A DNA stretch of 64,000 nt from Dicyema japonicum (Eukaryota > Animalia > Dicyemida), in NCBI GenBank assembly GCA_011109175.1, contig RDEW01000091.1:54818-118817 (forward strand), read 5' to 3'. Each line of letters opens with the position of its first letter. The first letter of the stretch is position 1. The notes beneath the pieces are model-generated. The model saw nothing but the letters and a program-made list of their open reading frames with translations, was not told the DNA's origin and did no database searches. Shown in pieces: positions 53,772-64,000 of this stretch. The translations under genes and the position numbers were made by a program.

Positions 53772-53949
53772 GTCTAACAACTAATCTACTAACGGAAAAT
53801 TCACAATTAATTAACAATAACAAAAAAAATCACAATAACTAAACTTTCATTTGGTTACTAGTTTAATTATTTGTTTATCTTTGCCATCAATGTGGAATAA
53901 GAAAACAAAGAAACTGAAGACTTTTTCAATATAATCTGTTGTCGCAACT

Positions 53950-54510
53950 GAATTTGTGGAGATTTGTGTAGACACGGCGATCAATACAGATACGTCTGTA
54001 ACGAATAACAAATCCGACATTTTTGTATATGTTAAGTCATAAAATACGATTAATTTTGTTGAAATTCGGATCACTTTTCAAAACTACCAAAAGCAGGTCG
54101 AGGTAGAACAGTTCCACAAGTATGACCTACTGGAGAACAACTTGAGATTATCCGTTGCGCAAAAATGAAAATAATCCTGTTTCATCATCACCTTGATAAA
54201 ATTATCTCCAGATTCTTAAAGGCCACCTGGATGCCCTTAAGGTAGAAAAGAGGGTCAAAGCTTATATACAGACGGTAGTGTTACGGAAGACTTTGGAGAG
54301 TATGCAAGCTGAAAAGAGGCATGGAGTATCAATGCCTGTTGATGAGGAAGACGGCATGGAATGTCAACCTACGGTAGTCTTTGAATGTAGAGAGTGCAGC
54401 GATGCGAACACGCTCATAAAGGCGATAGTTGTGGGCTCTAAGAAGAGAAGATTGTGTTAGACGGGCGTTATAAATATTACTTTCACTTATTGTTTGATTA
54501 AAAAATAATA
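53950..54510 (+). mobile_element. R4/NeSL-like RLE remnant, paralog of 27060-27630
   Basis: NNKSDIFVY..YDLLEN..VLRKTLES. Confidence 0.7.
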
Positions 54511-55859
54511 TTTGGAAAGTTAATTAGTTAAAAGTATTGAAACATGGGAAGAACACCGAGTAAGAATGAGATTGCTACTAAGGGCGTCCGGAATCACCTG
54601 ACGGCTAAGTAGTTATTTAATTGTCGGTATTTTTGGTTTTTATAATAATAATTACTCCCTCGACAACTGTTCTACGACATATCCTATCGCAGCTAGATGA
54701 ATTAGTAATCCTCAATAACAAAAAATCCACACTCGAACAGCTTCCATCGCTGGGCTTTCCAATACTTCTCCAATCCTCACTGTATGTTATTCATAGCTAT
54801 CTTCGGCGACATCCTGGAAAGTTAAAATGACTCCACTCTGACCATAATCACATTCTTCTTTCAATCAAGCTACTACGATTATTGTTAACCACCCAGAAAA
54901 CCATAATAAATTATAAACTTGCAAAAAAAATTCATTCAACAAAGAAACAGAAAAAAATACTACAATCGAGACAGAAGTGGGTCAAAATTTCTCAAAATTT
55001 TGAGATTTTCTCACAAAATTGAGGGTCATTTTAAAAAAGCATAAAAATACTTTTATAATAAAAATGTGTCATTTTCATGCGATTTTGTATTTTTCGTAGT
55101 TGATGTGCAATACAGTCTAACCTCCATTTGGAGCATCAAGTTTAAATGAGTCTTCTGACTCAAATTAACGTCTAATGACATCGGATCTGTTTGGATCCGT
55201 TTTCTGATTTATTCATTTCGTTCCAGGCCATTATTTAACATGATATTGTATATTGTAATCTATTTGAACTACAGAATTTATATTATTGTTTCATTATACA
55301 ATAAATAATTTTTAACCACTTTATACATTTCTGTATTAAAGAAGTAGTATTTGTGATATTATGTCGATGTTTGAATATTGGATACAAGTAGACAAGTTGC
55401 ATTACCTATCAGTAATGCTATTTTGCTTTTCAAAAATACTTTTTGTCTTCAAAGCATAGTATGAAGCAGCATATTTAATGCTAATGGATTTTAGATTAAC
55501 TTTCTAATGCTCTTGACGACTTTAATTTTTATCTGCTGATTGTGCTTCGTCTTGAAGGTTTTGAATTTTATATCAAATTGTTTTTTATTTTTGTGGAACC
55601 ACCCATGCAATAAAGTATTTATAAATGCCCATTATTCTATTTTTTCACACTTATTTAATTTCCTGCACATACTTCTGAATTTTAAAGATAAATTAATAAA
55701 ATTTTAAATTGTGGCATTACTTACAAAACTGAATAAGCTTTTAAACAAATATGTTAACATTTCGTTACAATTTTTCCCATTTAAGTGTTTATTACTTAAG
55801 AAAATCATTTTAATGTTAAAATAATAAAATCTCTCCAAAATTGAGGTTTTTATATATAG

Positions 55860-56640
55860 TTTGGGTTTCACCAAAACAAGGTCGAGCTGTATCCAATTTT
55901 CCATAGAGAATTTCAAATTGCTTGATGCCAATTTGAAATTTTTGCCGACAAGAAACACATTCCAAAAAAACTTATTGCAGAGTATAATCCAAATTTCTCT
56001 AAGGAAATTATTGAAAAGATTCATACAAGACGCCGATTCAAAAAATCAAGAATCCCTACGGCCAAAGTATCCAACATAATATGAAACTACGGAGTTGGAC
56101 AGTAGAATAATTACAATACCAAAATTGACCACGGGACAAGACTAAAGAATTTCTGGGGAATTTACGTGGAATTCAACCGAGACAAAATATAATGGACATA
56201 GCCCACGCCACCAGTATTGACAAGAATGATTTCAAAGACCACGTGATTTCGCAAATACAAATATCATAATAAACCACTACGGAAAATTGTTTCACATCAA
56301 TATGAACAAATTCTCCTGTTCATGCTAATTGAAAAACTATCAAACTCCTCAAGGAAAAGAGATCGAAATCAGCAAGAATGATGTCGAAACCTCATCAAAA
56401 ACGCAAATAAAGCGCTTGATGGAATCGGCATTTTGCATTAAAAGCACATGGAAATGCAGAGACTTAAAAAAACATAAATATTATTTCTGTCACCATCAAC
56501 AACTACCAAATTCCCAGAGTATGAAAAAATTCCAAAATAATACAAATAGTGAAGGCAAAAACTCCTTGGATCCAGGATCTTTCAAGCCGATTTCACTACT
56601 ATCTTTAATGTCGAAAATAGTTGAACGTGTTGTATTAATT
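55860..56640 (+). mobile_element. Degenerate LINE ORF2 fragment
   Basis: EGKNSLDPGSFKPISLLSLMSKIVERVVL (RT N-terminal motif). Confidence 0.6.
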
Positions 56641-56942
56641 CTAATACAGTCGACTTCGCAAATTGTCATTTTGGTTTTTTTTAATTTTTAGTCAAAATTG
56701 AGAAATGGCCAATACAGTGATTTTTCTCGATTTGTGAGAATTTTCAATAAAACTTGAATTTTTAAGCGACTTGTGTATTTTGGTATATCCAGTTCTCCTG
56801 GTTAAGTGAGACACATCATTTCCAAGCAACACATCAATTCATGTTCGTCATTGTGGAATCCAACCACTGGAATAGGAAAGAACAAGATCTTTTTTAAACA
56901 GGCAAAACTCTAAAAGTTTCCTGACTTAGGTGGATTCTATGA

Positions 56943-57301
56943 TAATAATAATAATAAAGCCTTTTCACGAGAGCCATAGTATTTTATAGCTCCGCATAGG
57001 CAGGAACCACACTTTATTTAAGTAAAGAACAGTTAATTTTAACTAATCGTAGAACCAAGGAATGATCTTCACTTCTTTTTTTCTTTTTCTTGTGTGAGTG
57101 TCCTTTCTAAGACAAATCCAGTTCCGCAATGAGTATTCACTGATGACGGCGTCACTCGTCAAACCATTTCTGCATCGTAGATGCGTGGAACCTTCTACCA
57201 GGTGAACAGCAGCGAGATTCGAACCCGTAGCCTAAGCCACTTAAGCCCGACACCTAACCACTAAGCCACCCGGCTTAAGCCCGACACCTAACCACTAAGC
57301 C
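56943..57301 (-). mobile_element. SINE family 1, full length with duplicated 5' arm, 15-bp TSD
   Basis: aggtggattctatga at 56928-56942 and 57302-57316; A box tggcttagtgg, B box gggttcgaatc. Confidence 0.93.
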
Positions 57302-57996
57302 AGGTGGATTCTATGAAGCCTCTTAAGAATTCAAAAAAAACGAAAAACAGAAAAGGGATCTTTCGATCAAGCAACTAGCGCTTGGGAATCGAACTTACAG
57401 CTATTCGCGACGCGCGCGGTAGCAAAGTTTTAAAAACTCGTAAATTTTGGATAAAAGTTGAACTTTTTTATAAAAAAAAATTAACGCAGAAAATAAATCG
57501 TATATAGTTCCATTAAATAATTAAAATTTAATTGTACGAAAATTTTTAATTTTGACCCATAATTAGGAATTTTTTCTTTCATCAATAACTTCTATAGACC
57601 TGAATAACCCAATGCTAGTTGTATGTAAATAGGAAATCTTTCTGCGGATTTATCAAAAAAATGACCTCCATCTCAAAAACGTAGAGAGTTTATAGGAACA
57701 GGATTTGTAGAACAGATAATAATAGATTTAGAAGCAATGATAGTTTTCATAGTATACATATTGTGCCACTATTATGCATTAGATCAGCTGTGGCCAACCT
57801 TTTTTGCTCTCGAGGTACTTTTTATATAGCGATTTGTCTGGCGATCGACTATACATTTTTTGTATTTTAATAACAATTTTTTAAATATTAGATTTTATTT
57901 ACCAAAAATGTGAACAAGAAACAAACGCTTCAAAAACGGAGAGAATTTTTATTTTATAATAAAAATTCAATGCTATTTTGTCATTGTAAATCTCCT

Positions 57997-58306
57997 GCCG
58001 AGTGGCACAGTGGTTAGGTGTCGGGCTAAAAGTGACTTAAATCACGGGTTCGATTCTCGCTGATGTTTACCTGGTCGAAGGTTCTACGATGTTAAAATGA
58101 CTTGACGAGTGACGCCGTCATCAGTGGAGATTCACTGCGGAACTGGATTGTCTAAAAGGACACACACCCAAGAAAAAGAAAACAAAAAGTAAAGAGCATT
58201 CCTTGGTCTCTCTACGATTAGTTATAATAACTGTTCTTTGATTAAAATAAAGTGTGTGTTCTGCCAATGGGAAACCATAACTAATATGGGTTTTCGGAAA
58301 GTGCGA
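57997..58306 (+). mobile_element. SINE family 1, diverged subfamily with a different 3' tail
   Basis: A box tggcacagtgg, B box ggttcgattc, same core; tail aaaccata-actaa-tatgggttt..agtgcg. Confidence 0.85.
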
Positions 58307-59169
58307 ACATTAATTCTCCTGCAATTATTTCGAATTCTAGTTCATATGAGGTGAAATTTGCTGGCTCTATTTGTTCCTTTCCTGAATGGGTGACACCTTT
58401 TAGGGTGAGCCACAAGACATCACGTCAACCACACGTCTAGAGACTAAGCTCCACAAAATCAAGTCAATATACCGGAAAACTATATTTATAAAGGTTCTCA
58501 TTCTGGATCAATGGTTAATTCTTTACTCGCAAAAGTTACGACCCGTAGTCGCGTAACCGGATTCCTTCGGGTCTGGAAGGAGGAAAGAAACCCGCTTAGC
58601 TTGTCCTTTTCCAATGTAAAAGAAAGTCGATTGATTATGAAATTCTCCTCCACAATCGGATTCCTCTGCAGGGATGAGATAAAGCTCTTTCACACAGTAA
58701 TGAGAACACGGGTTTCTAAAAAAATAAAGATATCTTTGTAAAACTTCAAAATTCTCTTTTGACTATGGGTTTTATTTTAAGAAGTTTGTTTGTGCACCGA
58801 TGGTCCTCCGAAATTGGTTGGACAACATGCTTGTTTTGCTACCAAATACAATCTGAAATAGACAAAAATTATTTCTTGTTTTGGTTCGAAATATGTGTGA
58901 ACAGCTTTTTTATTTATGAAATTAAATATAACTGCTCGAAGAACAATTCTCACTAATAAAAATTTATCCACTTTAATAAAAGTTGGAACTACAAAAATAG
59001 ATGAGCTCGACATATCAAAATTGTATCCAAAAAGATGTCAATACTCTGGAAGTAGCCAAAATTAAAATTAAGTTTCTCTTGTTTTTTTGTTTTTCATTAT
59101 AATATATAATTTTTTTCTTAAAAAAATTAATATATCAGAACTAATTTTTCCTTGAAGTCAAAGGAGAAG

Positions 59170-59410
59170 AAATACGAAGTGATACGCGACCGATTCGCAT
59201 TCTACCCAATTATTGTTGAGACGATTGGTGGGATAAGTGAGATATTGCTTCGTTTCAAAAAGAAGTTTGGATGCCTAGCTACACTAAAAATCTACGACGT
59301 ACCGGAGACCTGGTGGCTTTTTAGATAATCTCTGTTGCAATCGTGAGAGGCAATGAATGTCGGTAATGTCGGCTGGGACCACGTTTGATGGACTTTTCTG
59401 TTAATTAATT
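59170..59410 (+). mobile_element. CRE RLE 3' fragment
   Basis: RDRFAFYPIIVETIGGIS..ISVAIVRGNE. Confidence 0.75.
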
Positions 59411-59679
59411 TATTAATCTTGTATTTTCCTGTGTTTACGGTAATAAATCGAAAAATAACAAAAACTTGTTGAAAGAATTATAGATATTTTTGCCAGTTGA
59501 TTTTTTTTCATAAGTATAATAACAAATAATTCTTCCTTGACAGTTATATCATAGAAAATTAAACAGGAAAATACACATAGTTTCGCGATATCAATCGTAT
59601 CGCTAAAACTCAATCGATTGCGATCGACCAAGAAACTCCACGCGATCGACCGGTTGGCCTCCCTTGCTCTAAGTGTAGT

Positions 59680-60500
59680 TGTTCAAAGCGAAAGCGTCTA
59701 TACACGTTACATACAAGTTTCCCAGTCACGAACAGAAATATGGTCAATCCATCTGATCATTTTTCATCACGTCTACAAATTAGACTACTTTGGATAACCA
59801 GGCGCTTCCAAAAACAGTTTAATTACTTCATTAAAGGCTTTATGCCTAAGGACCCTGCCGGCTCTCCCCTTGGACGCGATAGGAAAAGTCCAAAACTATC
59901 AATGCTCACCACATCCGAATCTTTAGTCCAAGGCGAATTGAGTCTTCGTCCAGAAAAGTTCCCAATACTCCACATGGGATGGTATTGAGCAAAACACCAG
60001 GTTTCCACGGCGAAGCTTAAACTAGACAAGAGTCTACTTTTAATCCATTCGAAAATCCGACAGATGATGGTTATGTCAAAATCGGCCAGCCATCAATTTT
60101 CCATGATAACAGTCTATTAATGAACAAAAATCTTTGTTTTATAACAAGAAGTATCAAGAAAAGTCTAAAATCTAAAGAATAAGGTAAATTTTATACCAAA
60201 AGTCCTAAAATCGACGTCAAATGCTGTATTTGTATCTCAGTAAATGATTCAGCCTAATTCTGACTCCTAGGATACCTTAGCCTGTAATATTGACCTTTCC
60301 ACGCTTTCTACAGGTCACAGTGCCAAATAACCTTTCATAAACGTCTCCACTAAGTAGCCAAGAAGAATTTTAGCATCATTTGTAACTACAAATTCATAAA
60401 TCGATTTACTCTTAGAATTCTGTGGTCCTAGAACTTCCTTTAGTTTTTCGTCTAGGAATTTCTAAGTTTACCACTTTGCCATACAAGAAGGTTCGTCTCC
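59680..60500 (-). mobile_element. CRE-clade remnant (RT end plus RLE)
   Basis: VLGTFLDEDSIRLGL..AGRVLRHKAFNEVI. Confidence 0.65.
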
Positions 60501-60619
60501 AAATTTGATTTGTTCATGTGATAGAGAAAAACAGAAAATTAAATTATTAAAAATATTAATGGTAAATATATATTTTTATCATTTAAATTTTCGTATCCCC
60601 GGAAAAATTTCCACGTTAT

Positions 60620-61055
60620 CTCCCTCATTGGATATCAACCCCGGCTTCCCACTTGCTGGCGAAGCCGGGGTTAATAATTTAATTTAATTGGATATCAACT
60701 AAAGCCGTCAGAAGCCTTGATGTAAATAAGCTTCTGTAGCGTTTTCAACCTACTGTTAACGAAAGCGAAGCTTCTGCGTGAAGTTCGCGTCGACTTGGCG
60801 CGCCTAAGTTGTGGTCATTATTTTAATTTATATTCAAATCTTTACAGGATTGGATAATCGTTCTCTCCACTATACCCATCGTGCTTTCTTGACGACCAGA
60901 AGACGGGTCAACTTTTCTTTTGTCGGGATCCACCTTCTAGTTCTCTACAGAACCGAATATATTTGTCGGATCTCAAGGAGCTTCCGATCTTGCCAGCAAA
61001 GTTTTTGTTAGTCTCCGGTTTTTTCACTTGAAAGGACCGGGGTTAAATAAATAAA
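60620..61055 (+). mobile_element. I/Jockey-group LINE 3' end containing a 47-bp nested hairpin insertion
   Basis: VDLARLSCGHY..LYRIG..SP..PAKFLLVSGFFT*; terminus ccggggttaaataaataaa. Confidence 0.65.
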
Positions 61056-61199
61056 TTCCCCGTTATCTCTTGGACAGATTCCATGAAAATTGAAGATACT
61101 TCTAAAATTACGGAACGATGAACTTCTGGAAAATCTGAGTCTTCAATGCATCTAGAATCCTTAATACAAGAACCAAAGAACTGCCTTTGCGACTACAAG

Positions 61200-61910
61200 G
61201 AACCAGGACACTTTTATATTTGTTACTCCACTTTCGTCATATTTTACCGCTTATTTGTATCAAGGTCGTTTTAATTTGCACTTGTATTTTTTGGTGGTCA
61301 ATTTTGTCTAAAAACGTGCTTATATTAATTGACTTTAATTCCCGCGTAAAAATACCTAATAAAAACAAAACATACAATTTCCTTTACTCAGCCCATAACG
61401 TCACATATTGTATCAATGACAGCAGTTCTGCAGTCCCTGGTAAGAATATTATATCTCTTTTGGCTGTCTGGATTTTTCTTTACTCCCTCTTAAGTTTCGT
61501 AGGTTTCTACTTTGGATGTAAGCGAAAGGTAGGTTTTTGATACATTTAGACTAATATTCTGGTGTTTAACAAATTTTCTCGAACAATTCCCAATATTTCA
61601 ATCAATGTTGCCGGGAGAGGCTTTTTATACGTTTTCTGTAGTCTGTACTCATTTTGCTGCATTTTTGATGGAATATGGTAAATATTTGAATCATTATTAA
61701 GGGATTACTCTTTCTTTAACATGTACGGACAACTGTTGTTGTTAGTTGTGTTGACTCTAATGGCCATCTGTTTTGCTTCGTTCATATTCGTGTACTACTA
61801 ATTGCTGTGTGAGGATTATTGGTGATTGTGGAGGGCCTTCAATTCTGGGATATACATCATTAACCGTTTTTATTCAATTTTTTTTATATTTTGTGAAATG
61901 TACTATTGAC
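61200..61910 (+). pseudogene. TM9SF paralog, 3' half only, degenerate
   Basis: Colinear with 20150-21030; start of a duplicate of ~20150-24690 that runs to the window end. Confidence 0.8.
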
Positions 61911-62999
61911 TTTGATATGTGAACTTTTCATATTTGGTGGTCAGACATATGTGGTAATTAACGTGGTTATGTCTTATCAGTTGCCTATACTCTTTGCTCG
62001 TAAGAGGCATTAGTTGCGATCCAACACGGTTCAGTAAAGTAGTTGATCTGCTTACAATGACGGATACTGGCTCACATTGAAATGTCCATCTAATATTGTG
62101 CGAGAATTTTTCATCACAAGACAATTTTTAACGCGTGGTCCACAAATGAGATAGAAAAATCTTTTTAATATTAAAGATATCTTAGGAATTATGTAGGAAT
62201 GGGATCGTGGTACAAGCGATATGTTTTTATGCTAACATTGTCGACTTACTTTTCATTTCATAAAATTTAATCCACGTTGGGTCAATATACTAAGAATCAT
62301 TATTGGAACATAAGAAAAAAAGGTCAGTTCTTAGTCTATTTAAAAGAAAGCCGTTTATTCTGATTAGTGAAGTATTTTTATAAATAGTCTAGTTGCATAT
62401 GTTTTCGCAAAAAATCTTATAGGTTTTTCCTGGTTCAGACAACTGGAGGAATAATTTGAAAATCGCTTCTATTTTTCAAAAACATGGACGTCCGGCAACA
62501 ATCAGAGGTATCGCATGACATATGTGAGACCCAGTTGCTTCTCAAGTTGCCATTAAAGCAATTTAAAATGTGTTAGCAGCAACCAATTATTTAAGGTATT
62601 TTTTATAATATTAAATTCGTATTTAGAATAGAAAAGTTGTAATTATCAAGAGCAAACCAAAGCAATCATATTAAACATTCCGATACTCTAATATAAAGAT
62701 GACTATATAAAAATTATGTCACTATTCACATGTCCAGTAGAACCATTCGAAAGACCAATGATAACCAAATTAACTACTTCTTGACCATGACTCGTTCCAC
62801 CGTTCAGACTTGTCTCCAAGACAACATTCTCCTTTGGGGAAAGAATAGTTGGATCCTCTTGATGCCGGCCAGGCATTGACCGTCTCCTAAGTCACGTGAA
62901 TCCAACAACGCGATTGGAGGAAAAGAAAATAATTCTAGACCAACTAGCTATATAGCACCATTAAATAACTTAATTAAATTAATCTATTAATTAATCTAG

Positions 63000-63146
63000 A
63001 AAGCCACGACGCACGTGAGACCCGGTGGCTACTCCAGTTGATCTCTGTTGCAATCGTGAAAGGCAACGCAACGTCGAAAATGTCAGCGAGGTACACTTTG
63101 GATGGATGGCAGTTTTAAATATGATTTACTATCTATAAATTGTAAT
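63000..63146 (+). mobile_element. CRE 3' fragment with poly-A
   Basis: Near-identical to 35850-35975; absent from the paralogous site near 50720. Confidence 0.75.
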
Positions 63147-63937
63147 TCAAAAAAATCGTGTCAAATTTTCCAAATAAAACCTTCCAAAAATAGGCCCATG
63201 GCTATCTAAGAACTCGTGTTACGAAAGTTGTTCAAAATATACCTTCTTGTCGATTCTAGTAAGTCTCAGGTCAGAGTTTTACAACGACTAACTTAACCTC
63301 TTAGATGAATTTCATAAGTAAAAGGCTAGACAAGCCTAAAGCAAATATATTCTTTCGATATTGATAGACATGTTAAAGACATCACTACTAAACCAGCAAC
63401 TATTAACTTAACCATCAAAGTTAATTGTGGTTCATCGATCTTACAAGACCACTCAATATCGTTAAAAATCTGTGAAAAAATGCAAACATACATTCAATCG
63501 CTGGTAATCGAAGAGACTTTGAAGTAACTTAATGTCCAAAATACGAATGAGGCTGAGGTTCGGTGATGTAATATTAAGTTTAACGAATAGATAAATAATA
63601 ATTTCAAATGGACTGTAAAGTCATCCAGAAAAAGTGTATTTATGACATAGCTGGAAACATGTTAGATTTTTGAGAAGAGTTATTAACACTACAAATCTGT
63701 TAAAATCACTATAAGTGGAAAAAATTATTTATTTGGTCAATAATGAATTATATCTCGTATTTGATAAAAATCTTGGTTAAGTTTGTGCATGAAATGTTTT
63801 AATTGGCAGATACTTTTAAGTTTAAATGAAAAATTGTCCATATTTAGGTCAAATATATGAATAATTGATTTCATAAAAACGTTCTAATTAAACAGATTTT
63901 TTCAGTTTAACTGATATTGTTACGCTAAGAAAACGTA

Positions 63938-64000
63938 ATGATTTCTGAAGAGGACAGATTTAAGCAGCTGCTAGATATATGTTTAAAAGAAAACACACTT
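63938..64000 (+). CDS. Start of a third calpain copy, truncated by the window edge
   Basis: MISEEDRFKQLLDICLKENTL matches 51512 and 24621. Confidence 0.7.
   Translation, partial: MISEEDRFKQLLDICLKENTL

Larger units (their letters stand above)
50770..55414 (+). repeat. Segmental duplicate of ~23615-28583
   Basis: Colinear calpain, R4-like fragment and downstream flank. Confidence 0.92.
57785..59666. mobile_element. hAT-type ends with nested insertions; no transposase seen
   Basis: cagctgtggccaacc at the left and (rc) caagggaggccaacc at the right; gcgatcgac subterminal repeats at both ends. Flanking 8-mers match only 4/8. Confidence 0.5.

Noticed and set aside
58310-59050. Open stretches that could be a host gene fragment inside the hAT-like ends
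   Set aside because: No recognisable domain and no consistent spliced model could be built

Overview
AT-rich eukaryotic DNA, almost certainly from an animal: it encodes a classical penta-EF-hand calpain, PLK1, ZMYND12, an MTERF4-like protein and a TM9SF/nonaspanin. Nearly all introns I could reconstruct are 20-31 nt GT-AG, which best fits a dicyemid mesozoan; this taxon assignment is inference. Roughly two thirds of the window is transposon debris: RTE LINEs (one full-length with a TSD), I/Jockey-group LINEs, many CRE-type RLE fragments, an R4/NeSL-like RLE fragment, two tRNA-derived SINE families, pogo/Tigger, hAT and a Ginger/gypsy-like integrase. A ~17.4 kb gene unit (11206-28583) is repeated as fragmented, decaying paralogs through the rest of the window, which supplies empty-site controls for many insertions. 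Three structures stand out. (1) A 16.4 kb block is flanked by a 15-19 bp target-site-like duplication, with an outward-facing LINE 3' end on the left and a homologous SINE 3' end on the right. (2) A tRNA-head SINE family shares a 3' stem-loop with a resident RTE LINE. (3) A Tigger element sits exactly at the tandem-duplication junction. Exon structures and alignments were done by eye and no database searches were run. Boundaries of degenerate elements are approximate.
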